DNA of 34,583 bases from positions 1 through 34,583 of the forward strand of contig JNEM01011393.1 of the NCBI GenBank assembly GCA_000697335.1, read 5' to 3'. The stretch's first letter is position 1, and each line of letters opens with the position of its first letter. Below are positions 1 through 10,240 of this stretch, one piece after another. A program made the translations under genes and the position numbers. The DNA comes from Conidiobolus incongruus B7586 (Eukaryota). The notes under the pieces were generated by a model. That model ran no database searches. It saw only the letters and a list, made by a program, of their open reading frames with translations, and had not been told where the DNA came from.

Positions 1-330
1 TTTTATATAATAATAATAAAATATCTATAATTAAAGCTATAAAAGATTTTTTATATAAAAAAATTAAAAAAAATAATATATATAATATATTCACTTAATT
101 ATAACCTATATAATTATAATTATTTTAAATAACTAAAAAATCAGCTTATAATAAAAAAAACTCTTGCAAATAAATTAAATTGGATTATAAAATATCAAAT
201 TTCAATTTTTAATAAAAAACTATTTTTTAAATATTAAAAGTTTATTAAAAATATGGGAAAAAAATTATTAATAATAAAAGAGAGTATAAATTTTATATTG
301 TTTATTAAATTTTATATATTATTTATTAAT
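1..330 (+). repeat. Decayed AT-rich dispersed repeat, copy A (runs off the left edge)
   Basis: Colinear similarity to ~26842-27160, e.g. ttttatataataataataaaatatctataattaaagctataaaa vs ttttatataataattgtaaaatatataaatttaaagttgtaaaa, and ttaataaaaaactattttttaaatattaaaagtttattaaaaatat vs ttaataaaaaaaattattttttaagtgttaaatctttattaaaagtat. Right boundary approximate. Confidence 0.7.
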
Positions 331-839
331 TTATTTATTTAATTTTAATTTTAAAATTATATTATTATTTAATTTCTATATTAATATTAATAAAATAAAA
401 TAAAATTTTAAAAAAAACTATTAATATTATATTTTTAAAATATCTATTCATAAATATTAGTTATTAATATTATATTATAATAAATTATAATAAGTATATT
501 GGAGTTTTTTTTCCAGTTCAACTATATTAATAAGATTAATTTATTTATTAACAATATATAACTAAATTCACACAAAAAATACTATATTAAATCATATATA
601 ATAAATCAATTCATAGATATTTAATATTTTTCAAATTATTAATTATATTTTCATCTATCTAATATATTAATTAAATATATTAAATTTTTAAACTTTAAAA
701 TAAAATTTAATATTTTTTAAATAAAAATTTAAATATTTTAATTTTATAAATTTTAATAAAGATAATTTGAATAATATTTAAATTAAAATTATTACATTTA
801 ATAATCAATATTTATTTCATTATTATTATTCATTTCAAT

Positions 840-1133
840 TTAACCACTACCATTAACTTTATTCACATCCACTCCACCGTTTTCACCTCTAGTAAACCTA
901 TAGAAATTGAAAACATCTCCAAAGAGACCTCCACCTCCAGGGTTTAATGCAGCGAAGGGATTGAAGAAGAAACCTCCTCCTACGGTATCGCCAGGTTTAA
1001 ACGTTCCAGTTCCCATTTGGGATGGGAATTGAATATTTGGGCTAATTAATCGTCTTTCTAACTCCACAGGTAACGATAAATATTGATTAGGTAATGCGCT
1101 GAGTGCTAGCAGTTGTAGGATTTCTAATTTCAT
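840..1133 (-). CDS. Small secreted Gly/Phe-rich protein (97 aa) with putative Kex2 site (LERR)
   Basis: Intronless GC-richer ORF; N-terminal MKLEILQLLALSAL signal-like segment; short propeptide LPVELERR; mature part shares PNIQFP and GG-[FW]F-x-NPF with 2978-3340; TATA-like TATATAAAG on the coding strand about 60-70 nt upstream. Confidence 0.8.
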   Translation of the reverse strand: MKLEILQLLALSALPNQYLSLPVELERRLISPNIQFPSQMGTGTFKPGDTVGGGFFFNPFAALNPGGGGLFGDVFNFYRFTRGENGGVDVNKVNGSG

Positions 1134-2012
1134 ATCTGTTGATAATGAATAAGAAATAATAAAATTTAAAGATAATTCATAAGCTTAGATCTCTTTATAT
1201 AACTTGGTCATTTATTAATAATTGCCGATAGTTGCCAATGAACTAAATGAAACCAGTTGATTATGTAAGTACTTGATATTGGAATTGGCATGTTACACTA
1301 ACATTATCAATATTTTTAATAAAAAAAAATCTTATTCATTTAATATTATTTAGAGGCGTTAGTAGTATGAGTTGAAATATTCGGGCAAATGAAATCCTTG
1401 GATTTTTTTATATAATGATCAGTGGCGTATACATTTTTATAATTATTAATAAATGTTGGGGGTATTTTTTGTTTATTTATAAATCTTATTATTATCAAAA
1501 TGTCAAAGTTAATACATTACTTTAAAATGACAGATATGCAATAACTAATGCAGTGATAAGAGTGTTAAAGAATTCTCTATTATCATTAGACTTTGAGGAT
1601 CTTTTTACTTTCTTCTTTAAATATAATGGTCAATTTATATTATTTTATATAAATTTTTACAATAGTATAAATAAAGAAAATGAAAACAAGATATAAATAT
1701 ACAATCTACTGTCACTTTTTGAAAATGATTAATTTCAATGTAATTCAGGATATTCAAAAGATGTATTTATAAATGCTAATAAAGCTTTTTTGGATCCTGA
1801 ATGAATCCATTTAGTAAACATATTTCGAAAAAAAGTATGCCTTTTCTTATATTTTGAACTTATAAATTATTTTTAAATCAAGATAATTGAAATTTAAAAA
1901 CTTGAATTAATGTATTTTAATATTTTCTATTTGGGAAAATAATAGTTGTATAAATTATCATATATATTTTTTAAAAATCATTAACTTGACTATTTTTTTT
2001 AAAAATGGGATG

Positions 2013-2016
<4 letters not shown>

Positions 2017-2044
<28 letters not shown>
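2017..2044. repeat. (AT)14 microsatellite
   Basis: Perfect alternating AT run. Confidence 0.95.
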
Positions 2045-2047
<3 letters not shown>

Positions 2048-2977
2048 GAAATTGAAATCAGTGAAAGCATCTAATAACTATTTAAACTTTATTTAAATAT
2101 CAAAATATCAAAATTTAAAAATATGATATACAGGAGTCTAAAAATATATCCATAATCGGAAATACTATTAAAAATTTTGACAATAATGGATGAAAATAAC
2201 TGATGATTTAATACAATCTATTAATTTTTTTAAATGTTTTTATAAATGCTCTAATTCTAGTTAATTTTTATGAGTTTTAATAATTAATAATTAATAATTA
2301 ATAATTTAAAGATATCACACCAAATGGGAATTGAATATTTAGCTTTAGAAGACTATCGTCCTATTTTAAGTAAGCATATTAATACATAATTGTTATTGTT
2401 TACATTATAATGCCATTGAGGTTTGAGCAGCACTTTAATTTATTATAATATATAAAACTAGGCTAAATATTCAACTTTATCTATTAAAACTAGATTAACT
2501 TAACCTTTTATTGATATTATATAATAAAATATTTAAAAATAAAACGATTATTGTTTATTTTCTTATTATAACTAATTTTAATATTTACTCTTTTAAATAA
2601 AAATTTGTATTATTATTTAAAATTATTTTTAAAAGGAATATTTTTTTACTCGATTATAATTTATTTAGTTATTTAAATAAATTTATATAATTATAATAAA
2701 ATTATTATTTTATATTATATTAAGCTAAAAAGAAGATATCTAATATATGAAATTATTAAAATATCAAAATTTTATATCTTTCAATATTAAAATATTTAAA
2801 ATTATATTTAATATGTAAATTGTGAATATAATTATATCATTTTTAACATTTTAATTGAACAGTTTTAAGTAACTAATAAGAATATTTGAATGAGATTTAA
2901 TGATGAATTGTATTAATGAAGGTGCTTTATATCCTATTAATAATTTGGCACAAAATTTATTACAAAAATTGAAAACT

Positions 2978-3340
2978 TCAATGTTGATGACCTCCACTGT
3001 CACCTCCGCCTTGAGTATTTTGTTGTTGCTGTTGCTGACTATTTCCGCCATCTTGGGCTTGATTCATATTTATTTGTGGTGATGGAAGGCCTGGACCAGG
3101 GAATTGCACAAATTGAGCACTATCCTCAATTGATTTGCCAATGTTCTTGCCTTGAAGCATGTTCATGAACACTTGGAAAGGATTAGCGAACCAAGCACCA
3201 CCAGTTTGACCAAATGATTCTGGAAATTGGATATTTGGACCGCTACCACCTGCAAACAGTCTTTTCTCCAGAACTGGAGTACATTGAGAAACTTGTACAA
3301 GTGTTAAACCACTAATAATATAGGCAGCTGATACTTTCAT
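2978..3340 (-). CDS. Small secreted Gly/Gln-rich protein (120 aa) with Kex2 site (LEKR), paralogous to 840-1133
   Basis: Signal-like MKVSAAYIISGLTLVQVSQC, propeptide TPVLEKR, then LFAGGSGPNIQFP...GGAWFANPF and a Q-rich tail; TATAAATA on the coding strand near 3399-3406. Confidence 0.85.
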   Translation of the reverse strand: MKVSAAYIISGLTLVQVSQCTPVLEKRLFAGGSGPNIQFPESFGQTGGAWFANPFQVFMNMLQGKNIGKSIEDSAQFVQFPGPGLPSPQINMNQAQDGGNSQQQQQQNTQGGGDSGGHQH

Positions 3341-4058
3341 AATCTGTATATTTATTGGTGTATTTACAAATAGCTACTCAACAATTTGAAGGGTACAGTA
3401 TTTATATCAGTATTGAGTTATCCTAAAGTGGATGTATTGCCTAGCGGCGAATTTAATTTATTTATGACGAGTATCATTGATATTTGTGACATGTTATTGA
3501 TATTTTAATTTCACTTAACATTAAATTTTTGTGAATCTTTTTCTAATTTAATCGATTATTATGATCAATTATTTGGCAAATAATAAATATTATTAAAAAT
3601 TAGAAATAGTATTATAATATTGTGATAAAAATAAATAATTCATTTTCTTTAAGTGATATAATTTTAGTAATAAACACAATGGGTAATTTATTTAATAGAT
3701 TTTTTTTTGATTTTATTAATTATAAAATTTATTTATTTCATTATTTTAATCTTTGAGAAATATGATAAATTTGTAATTTGATAAAAATAGAATGAAAGAA
3801 AAAAATTTTTTTATATTTAGTAAATTAATAAAATTAATATTATTATTAAAATTGAATAATGATAATATTAAATAGTTTGTTAAAATAAAAAGATATATAA
3901 TATGAAGAAATCAAATTTAGAAGCAATTAACTAATAAATAGTAAAAATATATAGAAAAAAGAATTTATTTGATAAAAAAAATTATTGAAATATTAAAAGA
4001 GAAAAGAAATTATTTGACAACTTCGATGTATTGATTAAAATAATTACCTAAAAATCAA

Positions 4059-4130
4059 TCTTCGATAGTATAGTGGTGAGTATACCCGCCTGTCACGCGG
4101 GTGACCTGGGTTCAATTCCCAGTCGGAGAG
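4059..4130 (+). tRNA. tRNA-Asp(GTC), intronless
   Basis: Acceptor TCTTCGA/TCGGAGA, D-arm TAGTATAGTGGTGAGTATA, anticodon arm CCCGC-CT-GTC-AC-GCGGG, T-arm CTGGG-TTCAATT-CCCAG, followed by a T-run terminator. Confidence 0.97.
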
Positions 4131-4404
4131 TATTTTTAAAATGAAATAAATTTTGGTTATATTTAATTATTTTATATTGATCTTAAAATTGTATTTTTCT
4201 TAACTAACTTATATTTTTTATTAAATTTTTCATATAGATTTTTATTGAATTAAAAAAATATTTTTACATATAATTTTAATAAAGTTTTTATATTATTATC
4301 AATTAAATAAAATATAGAAAATTGCAATATAAATTTTTTTATTTATATATAAACTTATTAGTAATTATCTTTATATGATTTTCGATCTTGCGAATCCGTT
4401 CAAA

Positions 4405-5046
4405 TTATGGCTTAACAGTTATAATGGGTCGCTGATCAAAGAGCTCTCTACGATCGCCTTGATAAAACTCGGGGAATCTGGGATATCCTGGTAGGTTTCC
4501 AATCAGCATTTGGGGACCTGTGATTCCTCCATTAGGATTTCCGCCAGTGATCTTAATATCGACACAGTTGGAATAATACTCACGATTACCAATAGCATTG
4601 ATCCAAGACCAAACGAGTACTGCTTTATCACTAGGAGGAGCATCAGCGGGAATGGTGACTGGAAATTCGAGACCATCAAGGAAACATCTTCTGATAACTG
4701 TATTCAATACAGCTACAGTTTTACCATTGTCATAAGAAATACCAAACTGACAATGACCACCATTGTGTATGTTAGAAGCAGCGACCTTTAGGAACTTGAC
4801 ATTGATTGTAGATCCAGCAGTATAATTGGCTTGAGGTGGACCTTGAGGAGCGCCACGACAGGGATAGGGATAGCTGTAACCAAATTCGTTGCCCAATGGA
4901 GCATTAAGATCCCAATCGACATTATTAGTTTGCTGATAATACTTACTATACTGAGATTTACGAGGAGGAGGATTTTGAACTTCCATATGGCCCATGGCAA
5001 AGGAAACCAAAGTAGCAGCTGATAATAAATATCTAAAAACTCTCAT
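4405..5046 (-). CDS. Secreted AA11-like lytic polysaccharide monooxygenase, copy 1 (213 aa)
   Basis: Real start is probably MRVF at 5046, giving the same 642-nt length as the paralogues. A 19-aa signal peptide is followed directly by His (HMEVQNPPPR). It has NIHNGGHCQF and WSWINAIGNREYYSNC, matching the AA11 hallmarks HGGGSCQ and WTWFN..GNREMYMNC. Confidence 0.85.
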   Translation of the reverse strand: MRVFRYLLSAATLVSFAMGHMEVQNPPPRKSQYSKYYQQTNNVDWDLNAPLGNEFGYSYPYPCRGAPQGPPQANYTAGSTINVKFLKVAASNIHNGGHCQFGISYDNGKTVAVLNTVIRRCFLDGLEFPVTIPADAPPSDKAVLVWSWINAIGNREYYSNCVDIKITGGNPNGGITGPQMLIGNLPGYPRFPEFYQGDRRELFDQRPIITVKP

Positions 5047-6833
5047 TTTATTAAATTTCAAATTGATAAAAAACTCAGTGATATCAAGCGTATTTAAATT
5101 AATAGATACAACAAAGATTTCATATCTCAAGATCCATAATTAATTAATTTAATATTTAATATTATTTAATTATCATAATTATTTCTTTTTTATTAAATCA
5201 AAATAAATAACACAAAATTATTAAATTCGTTAAATTAAATTAAAATTTTAATGAAAAATATTTTACTAATATTAAATTTTTTATTTATTTAATAGTGATT
5301 AATTTAGGTTTATTATATTTATTTGAATTATACCTAATTTGATATATAACATGGTTAAAATTGCTATGTAATTATAATCTGATAAATATTTTAATAAAAT
5401 GAATGTGATATTCTTTATCGATATTGATCAATTTATAATTTTAATTATTTAAATATGTACACCATCATTCCACATATTGAATCAATTGATCTTGTTCAAT
5501 AATTTATCTTAAATAATAACTATTTTTAAATCATACTACAAATATTAAATGATCAACAATAATGTGGAATATTATTTTGAATATGAATTGTTAATATCAT
5601 AAATCAAATAACAATGCTTTTCATGTATTTTGTCAAATCCTTAAAATTGCGGCAAATCGAAATAAAATATAATATAGAGTATAACTTGATAGTCCTTAAT
5701 ATTTATATAGATAAATTAATATTTTAATTAAGATTTAATATGAACATTGCAGGGTAAAAAGATTTTGTGATTTTATATAAAATTTAATATTTAAAATTTT
5801 GAGCTTGGATAAAAAAGCAATCTGGGATGTGTATATAAAAATAACTTAATATACATGATGTACTTAATATTGCGATTAAACGAATTAATTTGTTTTTTCA
5901 TAATAGTTAGAATATAATTTTAAAGGAGTATATATATAAATTTTTAATTAAATTGAGATTTTATTAAATGAGTAAACATTTTAAATAAAATTCAAGTATT
6001 CATTCTATTTTTAAATTGAAATAATTCCCAAAATTATAAAATTTTTTCATTTTTATTATCAAAATGAGCTCAATTGGTATTTTATTCTAATTCTTGAATT
6101 ATGGATTTAAATATTATATTGAAATTGAAATGGTTTGTAGAGTCTTAATAATAATCGAGTTTTTATCAGGTTGCTGAATAAGGAAATATAGTAAATAATT
6201 ATTTACTCATATGTTAGAATTATCAAATTATAAAAAAATTAATATTTACCTTGAATACAAATAATACACTCTTTTTGAAAAAACAGATTTTATTAAAAAG
6301 TATGAAATATCGAGGATTTCAAAAAAATTATTTTGATATTTTATTATTACAAGGTAAAATAAATTTGAATTAGTATATCTTCATACAAGTGTTAAAAAAC
6401 AACTAAATATCGTATTTTAATACTTTAATTTTGTTTACCTTTCAATAAATGATTATGTTCTAAAAGTATATCATAGATGTGTTAAATTTAATATATATTG
6501 TTGTTCAATATTGAAATCTAAAGTAATACATAGTAATATTAACCTTGGAAATTATTCTCCGAAAATAATTAATTATTAGAATAATATTATAAAAAACTGT
6601 TTGAATAAAAAAATTAATTAATGAAGTTCGTTAATTAATATTGGACTTTGGCTATTTTTGTATTACAAAAGATTATTGTGAAAAATAGATTTTATTATTA
6701 TTATTATTATTATTCATTGGAGATATATATAAAGGAATAAACAATGTTAATACAGATTTATGGTAATTCAAATAATTTTATCCATTGTTTTTGAATTTAA
6801 AGAATAATTTGAATAATTAATTAGGTTTTTGTA

Positions 6834-7475
6834 TCATGCCTTCACTGTAATAATAGGTCTCTTATCGAAGAGTTCTCTACGATCGCCTTGATAAAACTCG
6901 GGGAATCTGGGATATCCTGGTAGGTTTCCAATCAGCATTTGGGGACCTGTGATTCCTCCATTAGGATTTCCGCCAGTGATCTTAATATCGACACAGTTGG
7001 AATAATACTCACGATTACCAATAGCATTGATCCAAGACCAAACGAGTACTGCTTTATCACTAGGAGGAGCATCAGCGGGAATGGTGACTGGAAATTCGAG
7101 ACCATCAAGGAAACATCTTCTGATAACTGTATTCAATACAGCTACAGTTTTACCATTGTCATAAGAAATACCAAACTGACAATGTCCTCCATCATGGATA
7201 TTAGATGAATCAACTTTGAGAAACTTGACATTGATTGTGGATCCAGCAGTATAATTGGCTTGAGGAGGGCCCTGCTTAGCACCACGGCATGGATAAGGAT
7301 AGCTGTAACCTCCTTCGTTGCCTAAAGGAGCATTAAGATCCCAATCAACATCCCCAATCTGTTGATAGTACTTGCTGTATTGAGACTTGCGAGGAGGAGG
7401 ACTCTGAATTTCCATATGTGCCATCGCAAAGGACACCAAAGGAATCATTGAACACAAATAGCCAAATATTCTCAT
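6834..7475 (-). CDS. Secreted AA11-like LPMO, copy 2 (213 aa)
   Basis: Signal peptide, then HMEIQSPPPR; NIHDGGHCQF; WSWINAIGNREYYSNC; 311 nt identical to copy 1. Confidence 0.85.
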   Translation of the reverse strand: MRIFGYLCSMIPLVSFAMAHMEIQSPPPRKSQYSKYYQQIGDVDWDLNAPLGNEGGYSYPYPCRGAKQGPPQANYTAGSTINVKFLKVDSSNIHDGGHCQFGISYDNGKTVAVLNTVIRRCFLDGLEFPVTIPADAPPSDKAVLVWSWINAIGNREYYSNCVDIKITGGNPNGGITGPQMLIGNLPGYPRFPEFYQGDRRELFDKRPIITVKA

Positions 7476-7520
7476 AATGTTAAATTGTTAATTAAATTGA
7501 CTTGACACAAAGAGATGATT

Positions 7521-7534
7521 AGCGTATTTAACTT
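7521..7534 (-). promoter_or_regulatory. Conserved TATA-like core promoter element of the LPMO array (AAGTTAAATACGCT on the coding strand)
   Basis: Related words lie about 41-61 nt upstream of each ATG: 5087-5097 (TTAAATACGCT), 7521-7534, 8729-8738 (AAGTTAAATA), 10291-10301 (AAGTATATATT). Confidence 0.45.
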
Positions 7535-8037
7535 CATTGATTGTGCCACGATATTATATCAGAATTATAATGATTAGCCATTTATTCAATGCAATTTGAT
7601 ATTAAAATTCACTTTGAATAAAATTTCATAACTCAAGGGTATTGAAATTCATTAACCTAAATTAAAATTTTAATAAATATATTTGATATAATTAAATATT
7701 CGATTTATTAAATGATTATTAATTTACTTAAACTATTATTTTGTTATAAATTTGAATTTTACCATATTTGACATATTTATTAGATATTATTATGAAATCA
7801 TTTTATTTAGTCAGATTTTTTTAAAATATGGATAATTTAGAAGTTCTTGATATCGGGTAATTTGTAGATGGAATCATATTTTGAGAAGATATGATGAATA
7901 ATATTTCAATAATTTTCAAGTAATTTTCTTTTTAACTACAAGATTAATACAATATATCTTGATATTTTTGAATCTCAAGATAAAAGGATTTTTAAAAGTT
8001 TTATTAATGCTATTTTAAAATCAATAATTATATTTAT

Positions 8038-8679
8038 TTATGGTCTAATGGTAATAATGGGTTTCTTATCAAAGAGCTCCCTACGATCTCCTTAATAAAA
8101 TTCTGGGAATTTAGGATATCCTGGAAGATTGCCAATTAACAATTCAGGACCTGTGATACTTCCGTTGGGATTACCACCAGTGATATTGATATCTACGCAG
8201 TTGGAATAGTACTCACGATTGCCTACAGCATTGATCCAAGTCCGAACGAGTACTGCTTTATCACTAGGAGGGGTATCAGCAGAAATTTTGACTGGAAATT
8301 CGAGACCATCAAGAAATCATCTTCTGATAACTGTATTCAATACAGCTACAGTGTTACCATTGTCATAAGAAATACCAAACTGACAGCGACCACCGTTGTG
8401 TATGTTAGAAACAGCGACCTTTAGAAACTTGACATTAATTGTGGATCCGGCAGTGTAATTGGCTTGAGGTGGACCTTGAGGAGCGCCGCGACAGGGATAG
8501 GGATAACTGTAACCGATTTCATCTCCAAAAAGGGTGTTAATATCCCAATCGATTTTACTATTCTGTTGATAGTATTTGCTGTATTGAGATTTGCGAGGTG
8601 GAGGACACTAAATCTTCATGCGAGCCATGACAAAAGAAATCAATGCAGTAACTGAGTACAAATAGCTAAAAACTCTCAT
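8038..8679 (-). pseudogene. AA11-like LPMO pseudogene, copy 3
   Basis: Same 642-nt frame without indels, but with stops at codon 24 (TAG, 8608-8610), codon 121 (TGA, 8317-8319) and codon 196 (TAA, 8092-8094). His1 is Arg (8620-8622), GGHC is GGRC and WTW is RTW. Missed by the ORF track. Confidence 0.92.
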
Positions 8680-9598
8680 TTTATTAAATTTTAAATTAAA
8701 TTGATTCAATAGCAAGCCAAATTAAACTTATTTAACTTGAATCATTGATTTATAAAACCTAATCACCAGTTCAATATTAAATAAATAGAATCGAATTTTG
8801 AACATCATATGTCAGATAAATTGGGACACTTTGATAGATCAACATGATCAAGTTAAAATTCAATTTATTGAATCAAATTTCCAATTGATATTATAAATAA
8901 TAAAAATGATTTTAATTTTATATCAAGTGAAAATAATAATTAAATTTATTATTCAATAAAATGACTTAAGAATATCTTTTTTTCATATATTATATTATAT
9001 ATTACTTATGAAATATAGAATTATTTTAGAATCTATAAAACTATGTAATGAGCAACTTTTAATAAAATAATTTTCAAATATCGTATTATTCTAATTAACT
9101 GAAGAGTTAAATAGATTTAATTATCTAAATTCATATTATTAATATTTAATATTTAATATTTTTAGATCAAAGTATCACTATTTATTTGATAACCGGCGTA
9201 ATTAGCAGTTTTGAAAAATCACTCAAATTCTTTCAAATTCTTTCAAATTCTTTTCAATTAAAATTTTAATCAAAATAATCAGCGATTATTAAATATTTTA
9301 TATATTTGATTACTATTTTAATTCATTGATTCGACCTCGTGACAAATAATTTAAAATTACAGTATTTTAATTTTTTTAATAAACATTTATGGTTAGATAA
9401 CTTTATGTAGATAATGCTGTCAAAAAATTTCCTAAGTTGATCGATATCGGTTAACTGGCAAAACTTATAAACGAAATAATGGTATAGATATCATTTTGAT
9501 AACATGATATTTATTTATATTAACTGTTAATCAATCTTAAATTATATATGTTTAAATAATATTTATTACTATTACTTTTAAGTTGATAATAGTCTAAC

Positions 9599-10240
9599 TC
9601 ATGGTCTAATTGTAATAATGGGTCTCTTATCAAAGAGCTCCCTACGATCTCCTTGATAAAATTCTGGGAATTTAGGATATCCTGGAAGATTGCCAATTAA
9701 CAATTCAGGACCTGTGATACTTCCGTTGGGATTACCACCAGTGATATTGATATCTACGCAGTTGGAATAGTACTCACGATTGCCTACAGCATTGATCCAA
9801 GTCCAAACAAGCACTGCTTTGTCACTTGGAGCAGCTCCAGCGGGGATTTTGACTGGAAATTCAAGACCATCAAGGAAGCATCTCCTGATAACTGTGTTTA
9901 ATACAGCAACAGTTTTACCGTTGTCATAAGAGATACCAAATTGGCAATGGCCTCCGCCATGGATGTTTGAGGCAGCAACCTTTAGGAACTTAACGTTAAT
10001 TGTGGATCCGGCAGTGTAATTGGCTTGAGGTGGACCTTGAGGAGCGCCACGGCATGGATAAGGGTAGTCAAATCCGAACTCGCTACCTAAAGGAGCATTC
10101 AAGTCCCAGTCAACTTTACCAATTCGCTGGTAGTACTTGCTGTATTGGGATTTACGAGGAGAAGGGCTTCGAATCTCCATATGACCCAAAACGACAGTGA
10201 CCAAAGCTACAATTTGAAAAATATGGTTAATTAATTTCAT
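9599..10240 (-). CDS. Secreted AA11-like LPMO, copy 4 (213 aa)
   Basis: Start MKLINH at 10240 gives 642 nt; signal peptide, then HMEIRSPSPR; NIHGGGHCQF; WTWINAVGNREYYSNC. Confidence 0.85.
   Translation of the reverse strand: MKLINHIFQIVALVTVVLGHMEIRSPSPRKSQYSKYYQRIGKVDWDLNAPLGSEFGFDYPYPCRGAPQGPPQANYTAGSTINVKFLKVAASNIHGGGHCQFGISYDNGKTVAVLNTVIRRCFLDGLEFPVKIPAGAAPSDKAVLVWTWINAVGNREYYSNCVDINITGGNPNGSITGPELLIGNLPGYPKFPEFYQGDRRELFDKRPIITIRP

Noticed and set aside
2560..2830. Possible inverted fragment of the AT-rich repeat
   Set aside because: Only a short low-complexity match; cannot be distinguished from chance by eye.
5047..5130. N-terminal extension of LPMO copy 1 in the ORF track (likewise 10241-10267 for copy 4)
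   Set aside because: The downstream ATGs give the same 642-nt length and signal peptide as the paralogues; the copy 1 extension starts at TTG and overlaps the promoter motif.
4510..7208. Near-identical plus-strand ORFs MGTCDSSIRIS... at 4510 and 6939, and MRWTLRSA... ORFs
   Set aside because: Antisense shadows of the LPMO genes; their identity only reflects the paralogy and conversion tract.
8038..8679. Stop-codon readthrough, recoding or A-to-I editing rescuing the pseudogenes
   Set aside because: All three stop types occur and replace Gln/Cys, catalytic residues are also lost, intact genes here use TAA, TAG and TGA as normal stops, and MOD5 also has frameshifts.
9224..9257. Short tandem repeats (caaattcttt x3; also 2277-2305 and 34085-34114)
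   Set aside because: Simple slippage repeats without spacers; not CRISPR-like or otherwise informative.
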